Positions 17,698 to 26,138 of a DNA stretch of 64,000 nucleotides are shown here, one piece after another (position 1 is the stretch's first letter; every line of letters starts with the position of its first letter). Both the position numbers and the translations under genes were made by a program. Under the pieces are notes generated by a model. The model made no database searches. It had not been told where the DNA came from and saw nothing but the letters and a program-made list of their open reading frames with translations. The DNA is taken from contig CADCAS010000001.1 of the NCBI GenBank assembly GCA_902799465.1, forward strand, positions 80,055 through 144,054, in the 5' to 3' direction. Origin of the DNA: an uncultured Eubacteriales bacterium (GTDB lineage: Bacteria > Bacillota > Clostridia > Christensenellales > Aristaeellaceae).

Positions 17698-17721
17698 TTT
17701 GGGTAACAGATTTGGGTAACA
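17698..17721 (+). promoter_or_regulatory. paired TTTGGGTAACA repeats (candidate recombination-protein binding sites, left arm)
   Basis: GGGTAACA at 17701 and 17714 (13-bp spacing). The same pair with the same spacing occurs at 56830 and 56843. Confidence 0.45.
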
Positions 17722-17766
17722 TTGGGGACAGATGGCCGGGGTGACGGACATCTGTCCCCTATTGTG

Positions 17767-19029
17767 TTATTGTGGGTTGTCGAGCTGGGGATCTTCGGGG
17801 GTGAGGGCGGTTTCGATCAGGCGCTGCATGGCGGCGGCGGACTCCTGGTCGCGGCGGCGGATGGCGTGAGCGTAGATGCGAAGGGTGGTGCTGGCGTCCT
17901 CGTGGCCCAGGCGGGAGGCGACGGCCACGGCGTCGATGTTATTGGCGAAGAGGAGGGTGGCGTGGGTATGGCGGAGGTCGTGGAAGCGAACGCCCTCAAA
18001 GCCGTTCTCATCGGCGAACTTGCGGAACCACTTGGACGGGGTGTCATGGTGGACTGGAGAGCCGTCCCAGGCGCAGATGATGCGACCGCAGCCGCGCCAG
18101 CGATCTCCGAGGAAAGTGGCGGCATCCTCGTGGTACTTGCGGGTCTCCTCCAGCAAGGCCATCATGCCGGGCGGCAGGTCTATGGTGCGGACGCCGGCTT
18201 CTGTCTTGGGATCGTCGACGTAGTTGCCCTTCTCCGGGGTATACTTGAGCGCCCGGTGGATGTCGATACAGCACTCCTCCCAGTTGACATCGGACAGCTC
18301 CAGCGCGCCGACCTCACCCAGGCGCAGGCCGCAGAGCAGCGCCAGCAGCACGGCGCAGCGCAGGGGCAGGGATTCCTCCTTCGCCAGGCAGCGGAGCAGC
18401 TGGACAGCCTGGCGGTCATCAAGAAAGTGGACGCGCTTCTTCTTCACCTTGGGACGGTCCACGCGATCCATGGGATTGACACTGAGATACTGCCACTGGA
18501 CGGCCTTGTTCAGCATGTAGCTGATGCAGTCGTAATAGTGGCGCACGGTGCGGTCAGAGAGCTTCCGGGGCTCCGGGGCCTCGCGTTCCCGGTCGGCCTT
18601 GCGCTTGCGCTGCTCCGCGGGGATGGCGGTGGTGCGGGCGTCGTCCTCCCGGATGGAGTTGATGAACGTCGTCAGCTGCATGGGGGTGAGCTTGCGCAAC
18701 GGGATGTCTCCCAGCGCGGGGAGTATGCGGCTGCTTAAAAAAAACTGGTAGTTCTTCGCGGTGGTGGGCGTGCAGTTGGGCGTGACGTGCTCCTTCATCC
18801 AGAGCTCAGCGAACTCCCGGACGCTGATGCCGCTGTCGTGGATTTGCTTGCCCTCTGCGATGTCCAGCTGGAGCTGGGCGGCGGCCAGCTCCGCCCTGGC
18901 CTGCTGCTCCATCTTCGACATGCCCGCCGGGAAGGTCAGCGTGCGCCGGATCCACTTGCGGCCGTCGGCCACGGAGGTGCGCACGCCCACGCGCCAGGTG
19001 TTGGGGCCGCGCTGTTCGATGGATGCCAT
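17767..19029 (-). CDS. int: tyrosine recombinase / phage integrase
   Basis: 420 aa from the ATG at 19029 (GAGGTG RBS). C-terminal catalytic region HDLRHTHATLL...LGHEDASTTLRIYAH. Lies adjacent to attL. Confidence 0.93.
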   Translation of the reverse strand: MASIEQRGPNTWRVGVRTSVADGRKWIRRTLTFPAGMSKMEQQARAELAAAQLQLDIAEGKQIHDSGISVREFAELWMKEHVTPNCTPTTAKNYQFFLSSRILPALGDIPLRKLTPMQLTTFINSIREDDARTTAIPAEQRKRKADREREAPEPRKLSDRTVRHYYDCISYMLNKAVQWQYLSVNPMDRVDRPKVKKKRVHFLDDRQAVQLLRCLAKEESLPLRCAVLLALLCGLRLGEVGALELSDVNWEECCIDIHRALKYTPEKGNYVDDPKTEAGVRTIDLPPGMMALLEETRKYHEDAATFLGDRWRGCGRIICAWDGSPVHHDTPSKWFRKFADENGFEGVRFHDLRHTHATLLFANNIDAVAVASRLGHEDASTTLRIYAHAIRRRDQESAAAMQRLIETALTPEDPQLDNPQ

Positions 19030-19076
19030 AGAATCACCTCGTAAGATATTTCTGTAGGGGGGTGTGTCGAAAAAAC

Positions 19077-19167
19077 GTGTTATTGTGTTATTCAGAATTT
19101 CGCTACCTATTTTTATCCTCGACAATTGCAGTGTTATTTTTCGTGTTATAACCCGGAAATGTGTTAT
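19077..19167 (+). promoter_or_regulatory. five direct GTGTTAT repeats upstream of int (candidate arm-type sites)
   Basis: GTGTTAT at 19077, 19085, 19131, 19143 and 19161. The complementary ATAACAC cluster lies at 56678-56778. Confidence 0.5.
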
Positions 19168-19239
19168 TCACGCCAAAACAGACCACGGGCACGAGCTGCG
19201 CGGGATGCGCTCTCGTGCCCGTTTTTTTGTTGTAGCCCG

Positions 19240-19800
19240 CTACTGATATCTGATGGCGATGCCCACGCCATAGTTATAGCCGTTGGTGCCGCCGTCGATC
19301 TTGAAACCGCTGACCATCGCATCGGAATGCCGGAGGGCTTCATCCACTTCCGCGATACTGTCCTTTGGAACATGGCCGATCAGCACATCGTTCACCCGCA
19401 CCTCGAAGGCCAGCTCACCCTGCCAGGACGATCTGAGGATGGCCACGTTGAGGTTGTCGCCGTCTTGGAAGGGCGAGCGCTGGTGGTCGATGTCGGCGAT
19501 GATGCTCTGGCGGTTCGTGCCGTCGTCGTTGTCGAAGGTCACTCCCGCGACGCGGAAGTTGACGAAGTGATACTGCGGAGCAGCCGGGGCAGGCCTTGCA
19601 GTAGTCGTGTGAACACCAGCCGCGGGCATCGGCTTCTTTGCCGGAGCAGCGGATTTCAGGTCCCGCACGCCCAGCACAGCGAAGACCGCGCCGACGGCGA
19701 TGCCGCCCAGTAGCGCGTTCTTTCCGCCCTGGCTGGCCGCGCTGGCGACGCAGATCACGGCCAGCGCCAGGAATACGACACCGAGGATTTTCTTCTTCAT
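19240..19800 (-). CDS. membrane-anchored HIRAN-domain-like protein (lysogeny-region moron)
   Basis: N-terminal TM helices. C-terminal FRVAGVTFDNDDG...LIGHVPKD resembles HIRAN. Confidence 0.55.
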   Translation of the reverse strand: MKKKILGVVFLALAVICVASAASQGGKNALLGGIAVGAVFAVLGVRDLKSAAPAKKPMPAAGVHTTTARPAPAAPQYHFVNFRVAGVTFDNDDGTNRQSIIADIDHQRSPFQDGDNLNVAILRSSWQGELAFEVRVNDVLIGHVPKDSIAEVDEALRHSDAMVSGFKIDGGTNGYNYGVGIAIRYQ

Positions 19801-19828
19801 GGGTCATTCCTCCCTGTGACAGCGCGGA

Positions 19829-20356
19829 TCAGTCGGGCAGGACGACGGTGAACACACCCGCGCTCTTGAAGCTGCCGGCGCGATCCTCGATCTCCACATC
19901 GATGGTGTCGGTGTCTTCCGGGATGACGAAGAACCACCGCATCTCCTTGAGGGTGGCGCCGGGCTGCACGTTCTTGCTCCAGTTGTCGGTATTCACCAGC
20001 TGGTCGTCCATGTAGATGGTGCGGTCACATTCCACGCCGTTCTGGTAGACCTTCACCCAATGGTTTTCCCGGAAGTTGTCGGTCTGATCGGTGGTGTTGG
20101 TATAGGCAAATACCAGTGAGATCACCGGCTGACCATCCTTGTCCAGTCCGCGCTCCATGCTGTTGAGTTCGACATGGGCGGTGGTGGTGTCCCATGTGGC
20201 AAAGGCGCCTTCCGTCTGTGTGCGGGACGCCAGCTCCAGATTGATCAGGTCGCGCATCTGGACGAGCTCGTCTGTGCTCATGGAGAAAATATCGGCTTCC
20301 GCGAAAGCGGCAGCGGACAGCAGCAGCGCCAGAACCAGGATAATCAGTTTACGCAT
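19829..20356 (-). CDS. secreted protein/lipoprotein (DUF4352/DUF5067-like)
   Basis: Signal peptide MRKLIILVLALLLSAAAFA; GGGAGGAAATAAC RBS before the ATG at 20356. Confidence 0.65.
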   Translation of the reverse strand: MRKLIILVLALLLSAAAFAEADIFSMSTDELVQMRDLINLELASRTQTEGAFATWDTTTAHVELNSMERGLDKDGQPVISLVFAYTNTTDQTDNFRENHWVKVYQNGVECDRTIYMDDQLVNTDNWSKNVQPGATLKEMRWFFVIPEDTDTIDVEIEDRAGSFKSAGVFTVVLPD

Positions 20357-20873
20357 TGTTATTTCCTCCCTTGTTCTCCAGCATACGTGCCGGCATCTTC
20401 GTGACATCGAGAGCCGCAATGGTGGCGGCGTTGGCGGCGTCGGCGAGCTTTGCCGAGTCGCCGTCGGTGGCGGCCTTGAGGCAGGTGGTCAGGTGGCGCA
20501 TGAAATCCCGCCAGGCCGTGAGCGGCTGTTCGCCGCAGGGCTTGCCCTGGCACATGTAGACGATGGCCGCGTCCACCAGCGCGCCGACATCACTGGCCGT
20601 GGGCGCGGAGGCGCCGGCGAGGTTGTTCAGCGTCATCAGCGAGGACACCAGCGCGGAGGCGTTGGCGCTGCGCTCGGCGGAGATCCCCGCGATGTAGTCC
20701 AGGGAAACGTGGTAGTAGTTGGACAGCGCCAGCGCGTGGTCCATGCTGGGGATGCGCCCGTTCTCATAGGCGGACAGGGCGCTCCGGGGAATGCGCAGCG
20801 CATCCGCCACGTCGGTCTGGTTCAGTTCCTTTTCCTCTCGCAGCTGTTTGATTCTGTTTGCGGCATACGACAT
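20349..20873 (-). CDS. XRE-family repressor (CI-like)
   Basis: HTH IKQLREEKELNQTDVADALRIPRSALSAYENG. Divergent from the early-lytic genes. No S24 peptidase domain seen. Confidence 0.85.
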   Translation of the reverse strand: MSYAANRIKQLREEKELNQTDVADALRIPRSALSAYENGRIPSMDHALALSNYYHVSLDYIAGISAERSANASALVSSLMTLNNLAGASAPTASDVGALVDAAIVYMCQGKPCGEQPLTAWRDFMRHLTTCLKAATDGDSAKLADAANAATIAALDVTKMPARMLENKGGNNNA

Positions 20874-20968
20874 TTAAGACATCACCTCTCTTATTGTTTT
20901 AATTGTATCATTTCTTTTGTTATTTGTGTCGATTCTGTTTTATTGTCATTGATTTAGAAGTTTACCTA

Positions 20969-20998
20969 TTGACAAAAAAAAAAAAAAAACCGTAGAAT
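20969..20998 (+). promoter_or_regulatory. early-lytic (PR-like) promoter with an A16 spacer
   Basis: TTGACA - 18 nt (15 further A residues, then CCG) - TAGAAT, reading toward the cro-like gene. Confidence 0.6.
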
Positions 20999-21011
20999 GA
21001 TAGACACTAAA

Positions 21012-21024
21012 GACATTATATGTC
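21012..21024. promoter_or_regulatory. operator-like palindrome
   Basis: GACAT-TAT-ATGTC just downstream of the -10, with extra GACA(C/T) half-sites nearby. Confidence 0.4.
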
Positions 21025-21105
21025 CTTAAACACGGACATTCAAGACAGATAAACCCAAAATACACACGAAAAATCAGCCAATATCTACCAAACGGAGGAA
21101 TCCCA

Positions 21106-21579
21106 ATGAAAAGCTATCAAAACATCTACCGCGCGGCGCGGATGCAGGCAGCCCAGGGCGAGCCGATCTTCTCCAGCCGGGAGCGCACGGCGGCGGAGCT
21201 GTTCGTGAGCGCGGAGGCCTTGCAGGACTACGAGACCGGCCGGACGCTGCCACCCTGCGATGTGGTACAGCGGATGGTGGAGGTCTACGGCGTGCCCGAC
21301 CTGAAGCGCCAGCACATCCGCGCCTGCTGCCCACTGCTGACCGACTACGGCGGGGAGGGCTTCGAGGGGCTCCCGCTGGCGGCGCTGAAGTGGGCCATCG
21401 AGGTCGACGACATGCGGGACATGGCGCTGCGCTTCGCCCGCATGGCCCGGGACGGTCGGATCAGCAGCGACGAGATCGAGGCCGCCCTGCGGGTGCGCGA
21501 CAAGGCAGTGACGCTGCGGCAGGTGATGGAGGAGAGCATCGAGGTCATCGACCAGGCGATGAAGGGGGTAAATAAATGA
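21106..21579 (+). CDS. XRE-family HTH protein (Cro/early regulator)
   Basis: HTH RERTAAELFVSAEALQDYETGRTLP; first gene of the rightward early operon. Confidence 0.75.
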   Translation: MKSYQNIYRAARMQAAQGEPIFSSRERTAAELFVSAEALQDYETGRTLPPCDVVQRMVEVYGVPDLKRQHIRACCPLLTDYGGEGFEGLPLAALKWAIEVDDMRDMALRFARMARDGRISSDEIEAALRVRDKAVTLRQVMEESIEVIDQAMKGVNK

Positions 21580-21905
21580 ATCTTCAAACTGTGAACGCTG
21601 TCAGCAGCGCGCTGGGGATCTCCCGGGACCGGGTGCGGCGGGCCATCGCCAACGGGCATCTGGAGGTGATGAAGTTGGGGAACCGGAACCTTATAGACCT
21701 GGACACGGCGCGCAGGGTGCTGATCGGGGGCATGAATATCGAGGCATTGAGCGCGGCCACGGGGCTGAGCGTGACGGCGATCCGCCGCGGCATCAAAGAG
21801 GGCTGGATGCCCTTCGAAAAGCCGGGCAAGAGCTACATGTTCGACCTGGAAAAGGTAAAGGCGGTGCTGGAAGGACGGATGGAGAAGCGGGGTGACGGGG
21901 CGTGA
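21576..21905 (+). CDS. DNA-binding protein with two excisionase-type (HTH_17-like) repeats
   Basis: LQTVNAVSSALGISRDRVRRAIANGHL and IEALSAATGLSVTAIRRGIKEGWMP; ATGA overlap with the previous gene. Confidence 0.65.
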   Translation: MNLQTVNAVSSALGISRDRVRRAIANGHLEVMKLGNRNLIDLDTARRVLIGGMNIEALSAATGLSVTAIRRGIKEGWMPFEKPGKSYMFDLEKVKAVLEGRMEKRGDGA

Positions 21906-22243
21906 AGCTGCGGACGGTGAACGAGGCGGTTCAGGAGCTGGGCGTATCCAAGTATTACCTGCGCACCGGCATCAAGGAAAAGCGTTTCCCGGCGCTGGAA
22001 TGGGGCGGGCGGCTGCTGGTGGACATCGAGGAGATAGAGCCGCTGATCGCGGAGGAGCGTCGCCAGCGGGAGGCCCACGAGGGCATGATCGGCCTGAAGG
22101 ACTGCGCGGAGGCCATCGGCATCAAGCCGGAGTCCCTGCGGAAGATGGCGATGGCGGGGCTGGTGCCCCACCGGAAGGTCGGGCGATACTACAGATTCTG
22201 CCTGGCGGACGTGATGGCCGCGATCCGGGCAGGCATGAAGTAA
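21902..22243 (+). CDS. DNA-binding protein with two excisionase-type HTH repeats (paralogue of the previous gene)
   Basis: GTG start overlapping the previous stop. LRTVNEAVQELGVSKYYLRTGIKEKRFP and LKDCAEAIGIKPESLRKMAMAGLVP. Confidence 0.65.
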   Translation: MKLRTVNEAVQELGVSKYYLRTGIKEKRFPALEWGGRLLVDIEEIEPLIAEERRQREAHEGMIGLKDCAEAIGIKPESLRKMAMAGLVPHRKVGRYYRFCLADVMAAIRAGMK

Positions 22244-22261
22244 CAAGAAGGGCTGAGGGCT

Positions 22262-25072
22262 ATGGCGCACGAGTATATCGGTCTTCCAAATCTGATCAGC
22301 CTGCTGGGCGGCGAAAAGGGCAAGCCCAAGCGGGGCAAGAACGGCATGGAGCACCTGTGCCTGTGCCCCGTCCACGGCGACCGCAAGGCCAGCCTCTCCG
22401 TGGTGGAGACCAACGACCGCATACTGATGAAATGCCTCAGCCACGATTGCAGCACGGAGGCCATCTGCGACGCCATCGGCATCAAGGTGACGGAGCTGTT
22501 CAGGGGGCCCATGCCGGAGACCGCGAAGCCGGCGCGGAAGCCCGCGACGAACCGGAAGAAGGCCGCACCTCCGCCACCGGAGGAACCCCCGCCGTCGAAG
22601 GTCTACAGCAGCTACGCGGAGGCCTACGGCTACCTGGGCAAGCTGGTGTGCTGCTATCCCTACCGGGACAGCAAAGGGCAGCTCATGTACGAGGTGGCCC
22701 GGATCGTACAGAAGGATGGCGAGAAGACCTTCCGCCAGCACCGGCCCGTGAAGCCGGACGGCAGCGGGAAGTGCGCCTTCCCCATCCGCCTGGACGTGCC
22801 GGCCTCGATGCGGGAGAGCCTGATCTACCGCCAGCGGGAGATCGAGGACGCGGTGGCCGCGGGCGAGCCGGTGTACATCGTGGAGGGCGAGAAGGACGCC
22901 GACACGATGGCGAAGCTGGGCCTTCACGCCACCACCAACTCCGGAGGCGGCGGCAAGGAGCGCTGGAAGGACGGCCACACCGCCCACTTCAAGGGCGCGG
23001 CGGAGGTGTTCATCCTGCCGGACAACGACGCCACCGGCGAGGGCCACGCCCAGGAGGTCTACAAGGCGGTGGCGAAGGTCGCCAAGGCGGTCTACATCAT
23101 CCGTCTGGTGGAAGGCTACGGCGAGCTGCCGCCCAAGGGCGACTTCACCGACCTGGCGGCGCTGGCGGGAACAGAGAAAGCCGTGGAGATCCTCCACAGG
23201 CTGGAGGCGGAGGCCCGGGAGAGCCTGTGGCAGCGGGCGCAGCGGGCCTATGCGGATATTCCCGGCTACGGCATCGACGAGGGGCGGACCTGCCAGTTCG
23301 TGGACGGCGTGCCGAAGCAGCTGTGCAACTTCGTGGCGCTGCCCACGGAGATCGTGGAGACGGACAACGGCCTGACGGTGGAGAAGAGCATGAAGATCGC
23401 GGGCTGGAACCTGTTCGGCAGGCCGCTGCGGCCGGTGGTGGTGCCCATGAGCAAATTCAAGACCATGGACTGGGCGCTGGAGAGCTGGGACGTGGAGGCC
23501 AACATCATGCCGGGCAACACGGTGCGGGACAAGCTCAGGTGGGTGATGACGGAGGCGGCCTTCCGCACGGCGACGCGCAAGACGGTCTACAGCCACTGCG
23601 GTTGGCGGCAGATCGACGGGAAGTGGGTGTATCTCCACCAGGGCGGCTGCATCGGTGCGGAGGGCATCAATGTGGACATGGGCAACGAGCTGGCGGGCTA
23701 CACGCTGTCCGGCTATCCCGAGGGCATGACAGAGGTGGACGCGGCGGTGACCAGCTACAGCACCACGCTGAACATCCCGGCGCAAATCAGCGTGCCGCTG
23801 CTGGGCATCACCTACCTGGCGCCGCTGTGCGAGTTCCTGGAGCAGATGCTCTGCCCGCCCAGCTTCATCACGGCGCTGATCGGGCGGCACGGCAGCCACA
23901 AGACCAGCATCGCCTCGCTGTTTCTGAACCACTTCGGGCGGTTCGGCCTGCGGGGAATGCCCCAGAACTTCACCAGCACGGTGAATGCTGTGCGCAACGC
24001 GGCCTTTGCCGCCAAGGACACGGTGTTGCTGATCGATGACTTCTTTCCCCAGAGCGGCGCGGGGCTCCAGGAGGTGCGCAAGATGAACAACATGATGCAG
24101 CTTTTGAGCCGCGCCTTCGGTGACAAGGCCAACCGCAGCCGGCTGAACGCAGACCTTTCGACCCAGGCGGCGAAGCCATCGCGGGGCATCGCGCTGATCA
24201 CCGGCGAGAACACGCCGGACATCGGCGGCAGCGGGCAGGCCCGCATGTACATCATCAGCCTGGACAAGGGCTCCTACACCTACTCAGACGACATGGACAG
24301 GCTGCGGCAGGACGCGGAGGACGGCGCGCTTCGTCTGGCGATGGCCAGCTACATCGAATGGCTGCTGCCCCAGGCGAACGAGCTGCCCGCGCGGCTGCGG
24401 GACATGTTCACCGAATACCGCAGGAAGGCCCACAAGCTCATCGCCGGGGCGGCCACCAACGATCGCGCCGACGACGCCGCGGCCCACATCATGCTGGGGC
24501 TGACGATAATGCTGGAATGGATGGAACACCTGGGGCTGATGGAGGGCGAGGCCGTGGAGGCGCAGCTGACGGACTGGTGGAGCGTGGTGCTAAGCAACAT
24601 CCGCCAGCAGGGCGCGGAGGGCCGGGACGAATCGCCGGTGAGCATGTTCCTGACGGCGACGCGGGAGATGCTGATCAGCGGGGCCATCGCCGTGACGGAC
24701 ATCAGCGACGCAGATGTGAAAAAGGGCGGCTCCGGCAAGAGCGTGATGGTGGGCTACTGCGACGCGCAGAACTACTATTTCCTGCCCGACCAGCTGATCG
24801 GCGAGGTGACCCGGTTTTACAACAATCAGAACCGGGTGTTTCCGCTGACCAAGAACGCGCTGTTCAAGATCATGCGGGACGACGGCGTGGTGGAGCAGTG
24901 GGATGAGCGCTCCGGCCGGACGACCCGGCAGAAGAACATCAACGGCAGGAACTACCGATACCTGTGGATCCCGCGCTGGCGCATCGACGGCAAACAGCCG
25001 GCGGTGGAGCAGGTAAAGATGGACTTCAAGGAAGTAGACGATAAAGAAGTGCCGGAAGATTGGAAGGAATGA
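22262..25072 (+). CDS. phage primase/helicase (Zn-ribbon + TOPRIM + P-loop DUF927-like domain)
   Basis: Zn-binding CLCPVHGD..CLSHDC, TOPRIM VYIVEGEKDADT..ILPDNDATGEGHA, Walker A GRHGSHKTS. Confidence 0.85.
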   Translation: MAHEYIGLPNLISLLGGEKGKPKRGKNGMEHLCLCPVHGDRKASLSVVETNDRILMKCLSHDCSTEAICDAIGIKVTELFRGPMPETAKPARKPATNRKKAAPPPPEEPPPSKVYSSYAEAYGYLGKLVCCYPYRDSKGQLMYEVARIVQKDGEKTFRQHRPVKPDGSGKCAFPIRLDVPASMRESLIYRQREIEDAVAAGEPVYIVEGEKDADTMAKLGLHATTNSGGGGKERWKDGHTAHFKGAAEVFILPDNDATGEGHAQEVYKAVAKVAKAVYIIRLVEGYGELPPKGDFTDLAALAGTEKAVEILHRLEAEARESLWQRAQRAYADIPGYGIDEGRTCQFVDGVPKQLCNFVALPTEIVETDNGLTVEKSMKIAGWNLFGRPLRPVVVPMSKFKTMDWALESWDVEANIMPGNTVRDKLRWVMTEAAFRTATRKTVYSHCGWRQIDGKWVYLHQGGCIGAEGINVDMGNELAGYTLSGYPEGMTEVDAAVTSYSTTLNIPAQISVPLLGITYLAPLCEFLEQMLCPPSFITALIGRHGSHKTSIASLFLNHFGRFGLRGMPQNFTSTVNAVRNAAFAAKDTVLLIDDFFPQSGAGLQEVRKMNNMMQLLSRAFGDKANRSRLNADLSTQAAKPSRGIALITGENTPDIGGSGQARMYIISLDKGSYTYSDDMDRLRQDAEDGALRLAMASYIEWLLPQANELPARLRDMFTEYRRKAHKLIAGAATNDRADDAAAHIMLGLTIMLEWMEHLGLMEGEAVEAQLTDWWSVVLSNIRQQGAEGRDESPVSMFLTATREMLISGAIAVTDISDADVKKGGSGKSVMVGYCDAQNYYFLPDQLIGEVTRFYNNQNRVFPLTKNALFKIMRDDGVVEQWDERSGRTTRQKNINGRNYRYLWIPRWRIDGKQPAVEQVKMDFKEVDDKEVPEDWKE

Positions 25073-25103
25073 AAACCGCCAGCGCTGGCGGTTTTGAGGA
25101 GGG

Positions 25104-25316
25104 ATGACTGTGCTGGAAAATATTCAGAAGATGCAGCAGTTCCTGATAGCGTGCAGGGTGACCGAGTATCTGATGCCCGAACAGATCGCGCTGCTGTCTG
25201 TGGCGCTGGACGTGTTGAAGGAATATGTGAAAAATGCTGACGATTTGGAAAAGCTGGCCATCGACCAGGTGCTGGAAGCCCGGACGGCTGCCGGGATCGT
25301 AAGACGAGTGGACTGA
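25104..25316 (+). CDS. hypothetical phage protein
   Basis: 70-aa ORF behind a GAGGAGGG RBS. Confidence 0.55.
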   Translation: MTVLENIQKMQQFLIACRVTEYLMPEQIALLSVALDVLKEYVKNADDLEKLAIDQVLEARTAAGIVRRVD

Positions 25317-25320
25317 TTTG

Positions 25321-25344
25321 AAAAGCGTCAGCGCTGACGCTTTT
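25321..25344. repeat. 24-bp perfect palindrome, copy 1 (hairpin flanked by A4/T4; putative bidirectional terminator)
   Basis: AAAAGCGTCAGCGCTGACGCTTTT. Confidence 0.9.
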
Positions 25345-25365
25345 GAAAGGAGGAAGCCATTGAAA

Positions 25366-25902
25366 ATGAGAAACCAGGCCCCGCGGCTACCTCAAGTCCC
25401 GGAAGTGTGGCGGGATGTCCCCGGCTATGGTGGGCTGTACCAGGTCAGCAGCGAAGGCCGGGTGCGCAAGCGTCTGAAGGGCGGCGGATGGCGGTTTGTC
25501 AAGATCGTGGAAGGCAGGGGGCGCAGTGGCAAACATCAGGTGGTCAACCTCTACATGAACGGCCAGCACTTCCAGGCCACTGTACTGCGCGTGGTAGCCC
25601 TGGCATTCTATCCTGATCGGATGACCGGCGACGCTATGGCCGTCCATCGCAACGGCCTGCATGCCGACAACAGTCTGCGCAACCTGATAATCCTGACCAA
25701 CCGGGAATGCTCCCTGTGGCAGAATAACTGCCGGCGCCGGGCGGTGTGCATGATCGACAGCGAGGGCGAGCCACTGGAAATCTATCCAACCATAGCGGCA
25801 GCCTGCCGGGCAACCGGGTTGGCAAAGCAGACCATTTACCGGCACTGTAACAACAAGCCCAACCGGGGACTGCCGGACGGCGTGAGCTTTGAGTGGGCGT
25901 AG
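25366..25902 (+). CDS. HNH homing endonuclease (NUMOD4 + HNH_3 + C-terminal HTH)
   Basis: WRDVPGYGGLYQVSSEGRVRK (NUMOD4), HRNGLHADNSLRNL (HNH), ATGLAKQTIYRHC (HTH). A TTG at 25360 is an alternative start. Confidence 0.8.
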   Translation: MRNQAPRLPQVPEVWRDVPGYGGLYQVSSEGRVRKRLKGGGWRFVKIVEGRGRSGKHQVVNLYMNGQHFQATVLRVVALAFYPDRMTGDAMAVHRNGLHADNSLRNLIILTNRECSLWQNNCRRRAVCMIDSEGEPLEIYPTIAAACRATGLAKQTIYRHCNNKPNRGLPDGVSFEWA

Positions 25903-25919
25903 GGTTAGGAGGCGACGAT

Positions 25920-26138
25920 GTGAACAGGCACAAGGATCATCTGACCGCCAGCTGCCCGTATTTCCAGACTCGGTCCGACTACAAAGGCGGTCACTGGGTT
26001 CTGTGCTGTCTGGGCAGCAAGGCCTTTGAAACAGCCTGGGAGCGCAATCAATTCTATAAGACGATGTGTTGCGAGAGAAGCGACCTTTGTGAGATCCGTA
26101 CGATCGGAAAAGTAAAAAGGAGGGGACCCAAGACATGA
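25920..26138 (+). CDS. small Cys-rich hypothetical protein
   Basis: GTG start 7 nt after an AGGAGG RBS; 72 aa. Confidence 0.45.
   Translation: MNRHKDHLTASCPYFQTRSDYKGGHWVLCCLGSKAFETAWERNQFYKTMCCERSDLCEIRTIGKVKRRGPKT

Noticed and set aside
21833-24039. 699-aa (minus) and 715-aa (plus, alternative frame) ORFs across the primase/helicase region
   Set aside because: Arg/Gly/Pro/His-rich translations typical of off-frame reading of high-GC coding DNA. The 22262..25072 frame carries Zn-ribbon, TOPRIM and Walker A motifs.
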